Shown here: positions 8,486 to 17,267 of the stretch, in pieces | How the letters are laid out: every line of letters begins with the position of its first letter | Position numbering within the stretch: position 1 is the stretch's first letter | Origin: a virus | Lineage: Duplodnaviria; Caudoviricetes | Direction: 5' to 3' (one strand) | Virus record (IMG/VR): IMGVR_UViG_3300042197_004232 | Span: 1-54,784 of that record | Length of the DNA stretch: 54,784 nucleotides | Translations under genes and position numbers: made by a program | The notes under the pieces: generated by a model | The model's database searches: none | What the model was told of the DNA's origin: nothing | The model's input: the letters and a program-made list of their open reading frames with translations, nothing else

Positions 8486-10045
8486 ATGAGCGTCGACAGC
8501 GCAGGCTACGTCACCGAAGTGGCGTATATGCCGGGGTTTTACGAATACATGGCGCCCACGGCGCTGCACTACGTTGCCGGCCTGAACGGTGCCACGCCGC
8601 CGAGCATCCAACAACCGTTCCGTTACCTCGAACTTGGCTGCGGCCTTGGGCAGACGTTTACGACGCTTGCCGCGGCTAATCCTGCCGGCCAATTCGTCGG
8701 CGTCGACGTCAACCCGGCGCACATCGACAGCGCCGATAAAGACATCAAAGCCGGCGGGCTGACAAACGCCAGCGCCGTCCTGTCTGATTTTGCCAGCCTG
8801 TCGCCCGACTACGGTGAGTTTGACTTTATCGGAGTTCACGGCGTCTTGAGTTGGGTCACGCCGGCGGTGCAGCACCAGTTGCTAAACGCTGTCGATCGGC
8901 ATCTTAAACCGGGCGGGCTGCTGCTCGTCAGCTACAACGCGCTTCCGGGCTGGGCGCAACTTTCGCCAATTCGCGAAATGATTCGCCAGTACGCCGCCAA
9001 AACCTCCGGGTCGCCGTTGGAAAAGATTGCCGGCGCGCTGAAGTACTTAGAGTACGTCAGCGGACGCAAAAGCGAATATTTTGCCAAAAATGACGCCGCT
9101 CGGCAGCATGTCCAACATTTGTTTAAAAGCGACCGACGGTATCTTGTGCACGAATACCTCAACGAGCATTGGCGCGCGTTTTACTTTCACGAAGTCGCCG
9201 CACTCTGCCGGCCATATGGGTTCCAATTTGCCGGAACGCTGCCGGCAGTCACGAACCACTGGGCCATGTGCGTCGCGCCCGAACTTCACGATTTGTTTGC
9301 CACCGCGGCCGACCGGGCCACCATCGAAACGCACAAAGACTTTTGCGCTAACTTTATGTTTCGCTGGGATATTTACAGCAAAAACGCTCTCCGCACACCG
9401 ACTGCCGTCGACCGTGTGCGCGCCGGCACAGACCTGTATTTTTCTCTAACGGAATTGCGCGTACCGTATCACGTGCACCTAGGCTGTGGCGCCGTCGAGA
9501 TCAAGGGACCAGAATATGAACTGCTGCAGCTAATCTTGACAGAAAAAAGTCGAACCCTGCCGGAACTCATCGCCGCGGCTGGATTACCGGAGGCGCAGTG
9601 GCCAACGTTGGTCCAGGCGCTCGACCGCGGAGTGGCCACAGGTTTTGTCAGCATAAGCGCGGCACCTATTCCTGCAAAGCAACCAATTAACGCCGCGACG
9701 ACATACACGTTCAGCCACGCGTACAATCGTGCTGCCGCACACAAATCGGCGTTCAGCGGTGAACACGCAGCCGTCGCCAGCCCGCTGACAAGAACAGGCC
9801 ACATACTCAAAGAATTTGACGCCGGCATAGTTACCGCTTTGGTCGAACACGGACCAGACAACCTGCCGCAAGCCGTCGCACGCCTTATGGCGACAAAAAA
9901 TCGAACGTTGAAGCAAAACGGCGTACCCGTCACCAACCCTGTCGCGCAGAACGCGATTATTCAATCAGCCTGCGCTGAATTTTTCAAAAAAGTGCTACCA
10001 GAACTGGTGCAACTTAACATTCTTCAACCGCACTCGGGCGCGTAA
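8486..10045 (+). CDS. Class I SAM methyltransferase with methyltransferase-regulatory domain
   Basis: YLELGCGLG motif I, FDFIGVHGVLSWV, LKPGGLLLVSYNALPGW, YLVHEYLNEHW. Confidence 0.85.
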   Translation: MSVDSAGYVTEVAYMPGFYEYMAPTALHYVAGLNGATPPSIQQPFRYLELGCGLGQTFTTLAAANPAGQFVGVDVNPAHIDSADKDIKAGGLTNASAVLSDFASLSPDYGEFDFIGVHGVLSWVTPAVQHQLLNAVDRHLKPGGLLLVSYNALPGWAQLSPIREMIRQYAAKTSGSPLEKIAGALKYLEYVSGRKSEYFAKNDAARQHVQHLFKSDRRYLVHEYLNEHWRAFYFHEVAALCRPYGFQFAGTLPAVTNHWAMCVAPELHDLFATAADRATIETHKDFCANFMFRWDIYSKNALRTPTAVDRVRAGTDLYFSLTELRVPYHVHLGCGAVEIKGPEYELLQLILTEKSRTLPELIAAAGLPEAQWPTLVQALDRGVATGFVSISAAPIPAKQPINAATTYTFSHAYNRAAAHKSAFSGEHAAVASPLTRTGHILKEFDAGIVTALVEHGPDNLPQAVARLMATKNRTLKQNGVPVTNPVAQNAIIQSACAEFFKKVLPELVQLNILQPHSGA

Positions 10046-10051
10046 CTTCCT

Positions 10052-10384
10052 GTGAAAACAATCAAATACTTTGACAAATCGCTGCTCAAAACAATTAACT
10101 ATTTTTCGTCGAAAATCCTGCAGTACAACCGGACGCTGTCGCCCGCATTTATCGACACGTTGCCGGATGACAAGCTTTTTCCAGTCGTGTTTACCCTACT
10201 GCACGAGCACAAAGCCGGACAGCCTTGCGATCCCCATATGCGCTGCATGATCGCCGTCCAAGATTTGGCGGGTAATTTTCATCGCGTCATGCTCGACGTC
10301 GAAATGCGGCTCTATGAGCGGTTACCGACAGCAGAGGTGCCAGACACCCCAACCGAGCCCGCCGACGCTGTCGCCGGCTCCTAG
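10052..10384 (+). CDS. Hypothetical protein
   Basis: ORF ends before a terminator-like hairpin. Confidence 0.6.
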   Translation: MKTIKYFDKSLLKTINYFSSKILQYNRTLSPAFIDTLPDDKLFPVVFTLLHEHKAGQPCDPHMRCMIAVQDLAGNFHRVMLDVEMRLYERLPTAEVPDTPTEPADAVAGS

Positions 10385-10397
10385 AACGTCTGGGCGC

Positions 10398-10423
10398 GCC
10401 TGAGAAAGCTGTCAGGCTCTTTT
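10398..10423 (+). terminator. Possible terminator
   Basis: GCCTGA-8nt-TCAGGC then TCTTTT. Confidence 0.5.
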
Positions 10424-10574
10424 GGCCTTTGACACAGGCCTGAGTTCTTTGCCCGCCATTTGGCTCACTCCGTGGCAAGCGTATGGCGCCTTTGGGCCAA
10501 CGCTGTCTGTCTTTCCTAATAAAACGGTTTCTACGTAGTAGTTCGGGTAAATGGGACATTTGGCCTATTTTTTG

Positions 10575-10665
10575 CGTCGTAACATATTGTCAGCAAAGAA
10601 CTTAAGTAGGCCTTGTATATTTGGGTAAGATTCGCCGTAACTGTTTGTCAAATATGGACTTACCC
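10575..10665. repeat. Two direct copies of a Xer/dif-like tyrosine recombinase site
   Basis: cgtcGTAACatattgtcagcaaagaACTTAag and cgccGTAACtgtttgtcaaatatggACTTAcc, 58 bp apart, each an imperfect palindrome. Confidence 0.55.
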
Positions 10666-10694
10666 ACTTCACGATTTTTCGTGTTTTTTGCGCC

Positions 10695-10722
10695 TTGACG
10701 CTGTGTCGAGGCGCAGTACCCT
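10695..10722 (+). promoter_or_regulatory. Putative sigma70-type promoter
   Basis: TTGACG-16bp-TACCCT upstream of AAGGAGGT RBS. Confidence 0.4.
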
Positions 10723-10746
10723 TACGGCTCGCGCAAGGAGGTGCTC

Positions 10747-11199
10747 ATGAGCGTTATTCGTCGGTCTCCCCGTCCCCCGAGAAACAGCCGCTGTCCGTGC
10801 GGGAGCGAGAAGAAATTCAAATACTGCTGCATTGCCGACGCGCAAGCACAGCCGCAGGTCGTCGCCCAGCAGGCTACGTATATCGACTCCGGCGAAGAAG
10901 CCGTGCGGTATGTCATCGTCGACAACAAGGGCACCGGCTTTTTTGTTGACAAAGACGGTCGCATCCTTGTGTTTGCAACGCGGGCAGACGCTATCGCTAT
11001 TGCTACGTTGGACGAGTTTGTTGCCGCTGCGCCGGGCGAGATCAATGTTGCGGGCGTCGGCGAAACCAAATGGCAGCACTTGCAGGCCACGTTGCCGTTC
11101 GTCGAAGTCACGGCAGAAACGGCCGCGGCGTTTGTGCGCGAGCGTATCGCGGCTCTAACGGCACCCGCGCCAGCCGAGGTTTCCGAAAGCGCTGAATGA
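10747..11199 (+). CDS. SEC-C motif protein
   Basis: RNSRCPCGSEKKFKYCC; strong RBS. Confidence 0.85.
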   Translation: MSVIRRSPRPPRNSRCPCGSEKKFKYCCIADAQAQPQVVAQQATYIDSGEEAVRYVIVDNKGTGFFVDKDGRILVFATRADAIAIATLDEFVAAAPGEINVAGVGETKWQHLQATLPFVEVTAETAAAFVRERIAALTAPAPAEVSESAE

Positions 11200-12233
11200 G
11201 TTTCTTACAAGACGCGCTGGAGCCCGCGTACGCAACGGCGCGGGCATACGCGCTGTACGTTGTAAACACGCGGGACGCGTTGCCGTACCGGTTTGCCCGA
11301 GACGTCGTCTACGGCGCCGACGACCCCGACCTCGATGTTGTTTACGAAAAAATCAACGACGTTCGCCGGCTGACCATCGACCGGCTTTTCAATATGGCGC
11401 GGTTTGCGCTGCGGATGCCGGTTCGCGGGCTGATGCTCGACGAACGCTATTGCGACCAAGACCGCCTGCTGCGCGCGTTCATGCTCGGCATTTGGTGCCG
11501 GCCGACGTGCGTGGTTTATCCGCCCAAAACACAGACCCGTAAATTCAAGTCGTGCGGGTGCGCGAATTTTTGTCCGGCGTGCTGGGCGTCTGTCACGGCT
11601 CGGCAGTGCGAACAGTGCACCGATGTCATTACGGATTTGCTGGCCGCAAACGTTTCGACTATTGCGATTACGGCCCGCGTGTCAGAAGAGTTTGTACCTG
11701 CTCCGCAGATTTGTCCGACGGCGTACGCCGAACCGGAAACGCTTGTCGCCGCCGCCAATGTCGTTCACGGCATTGTCAAAACCTACAAGCGGCGACTTGA
11801 AGCGCGGCGAAAGCAAGTGCAGCGCAAGACGCTGGCGGCGTGTTGGCGGCTGGTGCTCGTTCCGGCCGAAGGTGGTTGGCGGTTGCAATGCCGGCAGTTT
11901 ATGTTGACAAAGCCGGCCGTCGCACCGCCGGTTTTGCGGATGCGAGACGCCACCGTGCCGTTTTCCAAAACTGTCTGCGTCCGCGACAGCGCCGACCCGG
12001 CAATCGTGCAACTGCTGCGGCCGTTTGCCGTATACCCGCGGGCGCTTCTGACCGAAGACGTCGATTTAACCGCCGCGGGTTTGAACGCTATTTCAACGCA
12101 GCGTATGCTTGGCGGCTCCGGCGCGTTTCGCCGGGTTGGAGATGGACTTGTTCGCGCTGCCCGGCGGATGGCTCCGCTTTTTGGAGGCGATACACATGAC
12201 GCCGGACAACCAGCCAAAACCAAAAGCAGATAG
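11196..12233 (+). CDS. Hypothetical, possibly degenerate rolling-circle Rep-like protein
   Basis: SCGCANFCPAC, GGWRLQCRQFML in place of HUH, QRMLGGSGAFR; ORF secure, family call tentative. Confidence 0.5.
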   Translation: MSFLQDALEPAYATARAYALYVVNTRDALPYRFARDVVYGADDPDLDVVYEKINDVRRLTIDRLFNMARFALRMPVRGLMLDERYCDQDRLLRAFMLGIWCRPTCVVYPPKTQTRKFKSCGCANFCPACWASVTARQCEQCTDVITDLLAANVSTIAITARVSEEFVPAPQICPTAYAEPETLVAAANVVHGIVKTYKRRLEARRKQVQRKTLAACWRLVLVPAEGGWRLQCRQFMLTKPAVAPPVLRMRDATVPFSKTVCVRDSADPAIVQLLRPFAVYPRALLTEDVDLTAAGLNAISTQRMLGGSGAFRRVGDGLVRAARRMAPLFGGDTHDAGQPAKTKSR

Positions 12234-13371
12234 CCGCAGGCATTGGCACGCGTACGAACCTATTTACGCGCGCTGGCGGTACATTTGTGACACTGTCTTT
12301 TCGGGCGACTACCGCCGCATGTCGCGGGCGGTTGCCGTCGACCAGCGTGATCTCCGGCGCGTAGCGCTGCGTCACTCGCACTTGACAGTGCGGCTGGCGG
12401 CCCATGTCGTCGCAAAACTCGGCTTGAACGCCGAGTGGTTGCTGTGTGGGTCGGGGTCTGTGTTCAAATCGCCGGCAACGACAAGCGAGTTTGTGCTGCC
12501 GCCGCGTTTGACGCCCACGTTCTCCGTGTTTGACACTGTCGAGCACGCCCCCGGTGTCGAGTTTTCTACAACGACGTTTGTCGCCGACATGAAAGTTCCG
12601 ACAGGCGATATTGACGATTTTTTAACAGGGGCCCGCGCCGTGTACGCGGCTCGGGTGCACTGCAAACCTGTCGGCGTTTTTGTGGGGCAGCAAGTGTTTT
12701 CGTGTTTTCCGCACAACACGGTGTTGCCGTTGTTCAAAGAGCAGCACGCCACGTTTCTGGTTGCAACACTCGGCGCCGCAGTTGCCGACATTGTGTTGGC
12801 CGGCTCTCCGCCCGGTTTTGACGTCAATACCGTGGCGCGTGAAGCAGCCATTCGCGGTGTCGGCTACGGCGAAACATTCGTCAAAACCATGCAACAAACC
12901 ACCGCGGCAGTCAAAAGTTTTTTTGCGGCAGTCAGCACACTTGACGTTCCCGTGTTGCTTTCCGTCGAATTCGGCGAGATTGGCCGGCATACCGCCCCGG
13001 CCGTTCGCGGCGCAGAAGCCGGCGCGGCCATCGGCGCCGCGGCGTACACAGACCTGCTTGTATTCACGGCGCAATTACAAAACTTTTTTGGCGAGCCCGG
13101 CGGCGTATTCATCGTTGTCGGCGATGAAGTCCGGGGCGTTCGCTTGTTGCTTGAACGCTTTGAAGCGTTGAAACTTGTGGCGCCAAACCAGACAGGATTT
13201 ACCGTTGTGATTTTTGCGGCGCACAACCGCTCGCTGGCGCAGGCTGTCAAGAACTGTGGCGGCACGGCGCTGTTTCTCTGCCCGCCAACTCCCGCGGCGT
13301 TGGCGTTATTCAAGACCGCGTGCACCGACGTGTACGCAGGGAAGGTACCTTATGACCAAACTCATGTTTGA
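12196..13371 (+). CDS. XRE-type HTH fused to deoxyhypusine-synthase-like domain
   Basis: LNAEWLLCGSG HTH end; ARVHCKPV, GVGYGE, DVPV, GAAIGAAAYTDLLVF, GGVFIVVG. Confidence 0.55.
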   Translation: MTPDNQPKPKADSRRHWHAYEPIYARWRYICDTVFSGDYRRMSRAVAVDQRDLRRVALRHSHLTVRLAAHVVAKLGLNAEWLLCGSGSVFKSPATTSEFVLPPRLTPTFSVFDTVEHAPGVEFSTTTFVADMKVPTGDIDDFLTGARAVYAARVHCKPVGVFVGQQVFSCFPHNTVLPLFKEQHATFLVATLGAAVADIVLAGSPPGFDVNTVAREAAIRGVGYGETFVKTMQQTTAAVKSFFAAVSTLDVPVLLSVEFGEIGRHTAPAVRGAEAGAAIGAAAYTDLLVFTAQLQNFFGEPGGVFIVVGDEVRGVRLLLERFEALKLVAPNQTGFTVVIFAAHNRSLAQAVKNCGGTALFLCPPTPAALALFKTACTDVYAGKVPYDQTHV

Positions 13372-14530
13372 TGTTGCTTCTCCGTTACAGACTTTTCTCG
13401 ATACGATTGGCAAGGACAGCACGCCGCAAGAACAACTGTTTTTGACCGCGGGGCTTATTGAACTCCTTCGCCGCACGAAGAATCGCACGCACGTGCTGGC
13501 CATGGCGGAACTTTTGGTGGAGAGCGCCGACGAGCCGTGGCAGTCGATTCCGTTTTCGTTGACCAAAACGCTTTTGTCATCGGAATACAAATCCTTGGTG
13601 ACGGCGGCTGGTGTTTCTGCGGACCGCGTACCGCAAACGCTCTTGGTGGCGCTGCAGTTGTTTCTATGCCAAGGCGGGGAGGTTTCGGAGCCCGCTTTGC
13701 GCGAGGCTGTTGAAACCGTGTGCGAAACGATGACCGGGGCGGATACTGGCGGGCACTCCCCGGCCGCCGAGGAGCCGCCGCCAAAAAAAGATAGGGCGCC
13801 CGGCGTCGAAGTTTTCAACGCCAATCTTTTGCGCCGAGGGTTTGCGCCGCAGCCATTGACGGCTGAACTGGCTAAACAACTCGGAGTGCGGTTGGTGACG
13901 TACCGGGCGCCGTTACCGCAGGACAGGCTGAGCCCTACACTGCGGGCCATCGCTTTTCCCGCCGGCGAGGCAGCGCACGCGTTGCTGCTCGAAACCGGCG
14001 AGTATGTCATCGTCGCCAACGACGCGGCGCATCTGGAGTTCACTGAGACGCCGGCCGATTTTAAAGCCGTGTCGCCGGTGCTATTGGCCAATGTCGTGGC
14101 GGCACACGAGCGCTTGCAAGCACTCGGCCTGTTGTCCGAGCAGGCGTCAACACATATTGCCACTGGTTGCCTTGGCAAGATAACCAAGATGCATTTTCAG
14201 GGTGAGTATGACGGGCTTGAAGACCTGCAACCGTTGACGGAGGTCTTCTCAGGCTCGCGGCCGTCTGGTATGCTGCGCGGCTCTCGCACCGCCCAAAACG
14301 TTGTGTACGTTCCCGTCATGGGCACGAACATGTTTATCGGTCTCTTCGCCGCACTCGACGATACTGGCCCATATGGCACGGCGCGCATTGTGCAAGACCG
14401 CACGGACGCCGAGCCCGGCCGCGTGCTTATTCGGCACGACACGCCCCGGCAGATTACGCCGCAAGGCGTGTACTTGTTTCCTACCTCTGAGTGTTTCGTT
14501 TCTTTCACTGCTATTTTTGACACACCATGA
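13352..14530 (+). CDS. Hypothetical protein
   Basis: Long ORF, ATG 13352 after GAAGG. Confidence 0.75.
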   Translation: MTKLMFDVASPLQTFLDTIGKDSTPQEQLFLTAGLIELLRRTKNRTHVLAMAELLVESADEPWQSIPFSLTKTLLSSEYKSLVTAAGVSADRVPQTLLVALQLFLCQGGEVSEPALREAVETVCETMTGADTGGHSPAAEEPPPKKDRAPGVEVFNANLLRRGFAPQPLTAELAKQLGVRLVTYRAPLPQDRLSPTLRAIAFPAGEAAHALLLETGEYVIVANDAAHLEFTETPADFKAVSPVLLANVVAAHERLQALGLLSEQASTHIATGCLGKITKMHFQGEYDGLEDLQPLTEVFSGSRPSGMLRGSRTAQNVVYVPVMGTNMFIGLFAALDDTGPYGTARIVQDRTDAEPGRVLIRHDTPRQITPQGVYLFPTSECFVSFTAIFDTP

Positions 14531-14805
14531 CACCATCTGACTTTGCCGATTTTGATGACGACGACATGCTCGACGACATCGAGCACCAAGAGCCCCAGCC
14601 GTGGGAAGTAATGTTGAACGTCCGCGGGTTGCTGTGCACGAGGTACGGCAAGGAGCGCGGCGAAGACATCTATGGGCTGCTGTTCAGCGCCGCGCAACAC
14701 GCGGCAAACAACACACCTGTCGAAACCCAGCCGGGCATCTTGTTTACCGAAGACGGCGGGGAGTTCGTCGGGTTTGAAGCCGAAGACATGCGCGAGGAGT
14801 TTTAG
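14527..14805 (+). CDS. Hypothetical acidic protein
   Basis: ATGA overlap. Confidence 0.7.
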   Translation: MTPSDFADFDDDDMLDDIEHQEPQPWEVMLNVRGLLCTRYGKERGEDIYGLLFSAAQHAANNTPVETQPGILFTEDGGEFVGFEAEDMREEF

Positions 14806-14813
14806 ACAACATT

Positions 14814-15398
14814 ATGTACTTGTTTGTTGACACGGAAACCGGCGGCCTGACACCCGAGCACAGCCTGCTGACGGTGTCCTGCATCATCGTGGACGAGCAC
14901 TTCAACATTATCCCCGTCGCGGCCGAGGACGGGCGCCCGGGTCTGTATCTCGACATCAAGCACGACGAGTACTCACTGACGTCGGGCGCGCTTTCTGTCA
15001 ACAAAATCAATTTGGTTGAGCACGACAAACACGCTACGGCTATTCCCGAGGCCCGTTCAATGCTGCGAGCATTTTTGAATCGGGGGCTGCAAGCCATGAA
15101 CAAGAAGCGTTTCGTGCCAGCCGGGCACAACGTCGGTTTCGACGTGCGGTTTCTCCAGGCGTACTTACTGTCCCCCGAAGAGTGGGACCAGTATTTTACG
15201 TATCCCGCGTTGGATACAGCCGCCGTTGCAAGGTTCTTCAACGCGGCTGGGATTCATGCCGGCGGATATTCGCTTGGGCGCCTGCGCGACAAATTCATTC
15301 CTCATGCGTCAGGCGGAGACTTGCACAACGCCGAAATCGACAACCTGACGGCAATAGAACTGGCCAAGAAGTTCGTGTCGTTGGTGCCCAGACAATAA
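14814..15398 (+). CDS. DEDDh 3'-5' exonuclease (DnaQ-like)
   Basis: VDTETGG, GHNVGFD, HNAEID motifs. Confidence 0.9.
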   Translation: MYLFVDTETGGLTPEHSLLTVSCIIVDEHFNIIPVAAEDGRPGLYLDIKHDEYSLTSGALSVNKINLVEHDKHATAIPEARSMLRAFLNRGLQAMNKKRFVPAGHNVGFDVRFLQAYLLSPEEWDQYFTYPALDTAAVARFFNAAGIHAGGYSLGRLRDKFIPHASGGDLHNAEIDNLTAIELAKKFVSLVPRQ

Positions 15399-15407
15399 CA
15401 ATTCAGT

Positions 15408-15532
15408 GGGCAGGCTGGTGCCCGTACTTGCAAAAACCGCTGCCTTCATCGGCGGTCCAGCACCCCAGTCGGCCGTGGGTTCGTAACGCCGAAGCCGACA
15501 ACATCTAAACTAAGAAGACTCCTACTGGGTGT
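15408..15532 (+). ncRNA. Candidate structured RNA upstream of the tRNA
   Basis: Several stems and a possible pseudoknot (see findings); family unidentified. Confidence 0.3.
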
Positions 15533-15570
15533 GGGTCGGAAGTCGTCAATGCAAGGATGCAAGCGCGGAG

Positions 15571-15641
15571 TGCCCGATGGTGTAACGGTAGCACAAGGGA
15601 TTTTGGTTCCCTTTGTCTAGGTTCGAATCCTAGTCGGGCAT
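15571..15641 (+). tRNA. tRNA-Gln(TTG), CCA not encoded
   Basis: Acceptor TGCCCGA/TCGGGCA, anticodon arm AGGGA-TTTTGGT-TCCCT, T arm CTAGG-TTCGAAT-CCTAG. Confidence 0.95.
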
Positions 15642-15675
15642 TGAATTGGTTTGGTTTTTATGGGGGGAGTAAACA

Positions 15676-15906
15676 ATGGGTTATGCAAAAGATCAGTTAG
15701 ACGAAGAACAGGCGCGCGCACATGAAGAATATGTGAAAGAAAGTATTTGTCCAGAATGCGGAGAAGAGCGCGAAGAAATTACGCTAGACCACAATACGTT
15801 TTGGCTTTGCGATACGTGCGACGGCGATGACGAAAGCTACGACGATATCGGTGACGAGCCGCCGGAAGAAGAAGACGAGTTGTGGGGTTCGGCAGATTGC
15901 TTGTAG
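15676..15906 (+). CDS. Small acidic zinc-ribbon protein
   Basis: CPEC...CDTC; GGGAG RBS. Confidence 0.7.
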   Translation: MGYAKDQLDEEQARAHEEYVKESICPECGEEREEITLDHNTFWLCDTCDGDDESYDDIGDEPPEEEDELWGSADCL

Positions 15907-15969
15907 CAAAAACATTTAGGTGGTGTGTACACTAAACAGTGTATTCACCCCTAAACTCGGGAGGCACGG

Positions 15970-16338
15970 ATGCCTTACACCGATTCCGAAAAGCGCAAGG
16001 AGGCTTCTCGCCGACATTACCAAAAGCACAAAGCCAAGTATATTGCGCGGACCAAGGCGTACTCCCAAAAACATCGTGAAAAAGTTTATGAGTACAAAAA
16101 AACAACACCATGTAAAGATTGCGGGCAGCAGCATCCGCATTACGTGATGGAGTTTGATCACGTGCGCGGCAAAAAAGTTAGCAACATCGCCGACATATTG
16201 CACAGGAATCACGCGGGTGGTATTTGGAAAGAAATTGCAAAGTGCGAACTGGTGTGCGCGAATTGCCACCGGTATCGCACCTACAAACGGTTGCAGCAGA
16301 AGAAAAAAGGAGCTGCGAAGCAAACGCGCGCGAAATGA
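15970..16338 (+). CDS. HNH endonuclease
   Basis: CKDCG...EFDHVRGKK...KCELVCANCHRYRT. Confidence 0.85.
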   Translation: MPYTDSEKRKEASRRHYQKHKAKYIARTKAYSQKHREKVYEYKKTTPCKDCGQQHPHYVMEFDHVRGKKVSNIADILHRNHAGGIWKEIAKCELVCANCHRYRTYKRLQQKKKGAAKQTRAK

Positions 16339-16598
16339 ACACAGAACCTTTTGCCTACGGCATACAGGCGCCTATCGGCAGCGTCACGCCGCTGTTTCAC
16401 AAACGCAACGACGCCGAAGACTATATTGCCAAATTAACCGACAGCCGTGCCGCGGCGAAGATTATTCCGCTGTATCGGGCACCAACGCTCACCGACGCGG
16501 AGCGGGAGGCGGTGGCGACGGCCGCAGCATCCTGCGAGGGGATTGGATTTGATCAACTGCCCGCCGCGCTTCGCGGGCTGCTGGAGCGACTGAAGTGA
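16335..16598 (+). CDS. Hypothetical, LTDAEREAV...LRGLLERLK family
   Basis: ATGA overlap; stop abuts attC-like site 1. Confidence 0.75.
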   Translation: MNTEPFAYGIQAPIGSVTPLFHKRNDAEDYIAKLTDSRAAAKIIPLYRAPTLTDAEREAVATAAASCEGIGFDQLPAALRGLLERLK

Positions 16599-16599
16599 A

Positions 16600-16689
16600 A
16601 CAGAACGCCAAAGATCAACAGCCGCGAACGAAGGAGGCGGCCAACATGAACGACGAGAATGAGCGGTCTGTTGCATCGGCTGGTTCTGT
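16600..16689 (+). mobile_element. attC-like site 1
   Basis: ACAGAAC...ATCAACAGCCGC [loop with AAGGAGG and ATG] GCGG-T-CTGTTG-C-AT...GTTCTGT; two extrahelical bases. Confidence 0.8.
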
Positions 16690-16942
16690 GGCTGGCGAGC
16701 CTGTGGCGTGGGCCGTCTTGGATTCACGCGGCACAGTTTGCGTTGCATACACATGCCGCGAGGCAGCGGAGGCGTACTGTGAGGCAACTTTCAATAGGCT
16801 GGCACCGCTGTACCGCCAGCCGCAAAACGGAGTGGTGCGGTTGCCGCCACTTGACCCGAACGGCGCGCCGGGCTGGAACGCTGCCATTGGTGCCGTGCGA
16901 GAGGCGTTGGCTGATGCTGGAGTCGATTGGGATACTGAGTAG
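16646..16942 (+). CDS. Cassette protein 1 (EPVAW...PLYRQP), start inside attC1
   Basis: AAGGAGG RBS; stop abuts attC2. Confidence 0.75.
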   Translation: MNDENERSVASAGSVAGEPVAWAVLDSRGTVCVAYTCREAAEAYCEATFNRLAPLYRQPQNGVVRLPPLDPNGAPGWNAAIGAVREALADAGVDWDTE

Positions 16943-16944
16943 CC

Positions 16945-17067
16945 ACAGAACACGCGAGATCAGCGGCGGCGACGACGGCGGACGTGGAGCGCAGAAAGGA
17001 CTCTGGATTATGAGCAAAGCATTGAACGTAAAACGGGGCGCGGATTCGCAGCAGCGCCGGGTTATGC
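16945..17067 (+). mobile_element. attC-like site 2 (inner arms degenerate)
   Basis: ACAGAAC...ATCAGCGGCGGC...TTCGCAGCAG...GTTATGC; left end complements start of cassette 1. Confidence 0.65.
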
Positions 17068-17264
17068 CAACGGTCGAAGAACTCAACCGTAACTTCGCAA
17101 CGGCTTTCGAAATCCGACTACATGAAGAATACCTGCGCGGAAAGATGGACGGGCTGCGAATCGCAAAACTCATACGCGGCCGGCTCACGCGACAGCCTGA
17201 CCGGGCGTGGCAGAAGCAAGTCCGTGAATGGGCGGACAAGGCAATTGCAAATGCAGAGCGCTAG
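17010..17264 (+). CDS. Cassette protein 2, start inside attC2 (alternative ATG at 17064)
   Basis: AAAGGA RBS; stop abuts attC3. Confidence 0.7.
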   Translation: MSKALNVKRGADSQQRRVMPTVEELNRNFATAFEIRLHEEYLRGKMDGLRIAKLIRGRLTRQPDRAWQKQVREWADKAIANAER

Positions 17265-17267
17265 TTG

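Noticed and set aside
15182-15508. ORF ending AEADNI as a gene or tmRNA tag
   Set aside because: Overlaps the exonuclease out of frame; no tRNA-like domain or Ala-Ala tag ending
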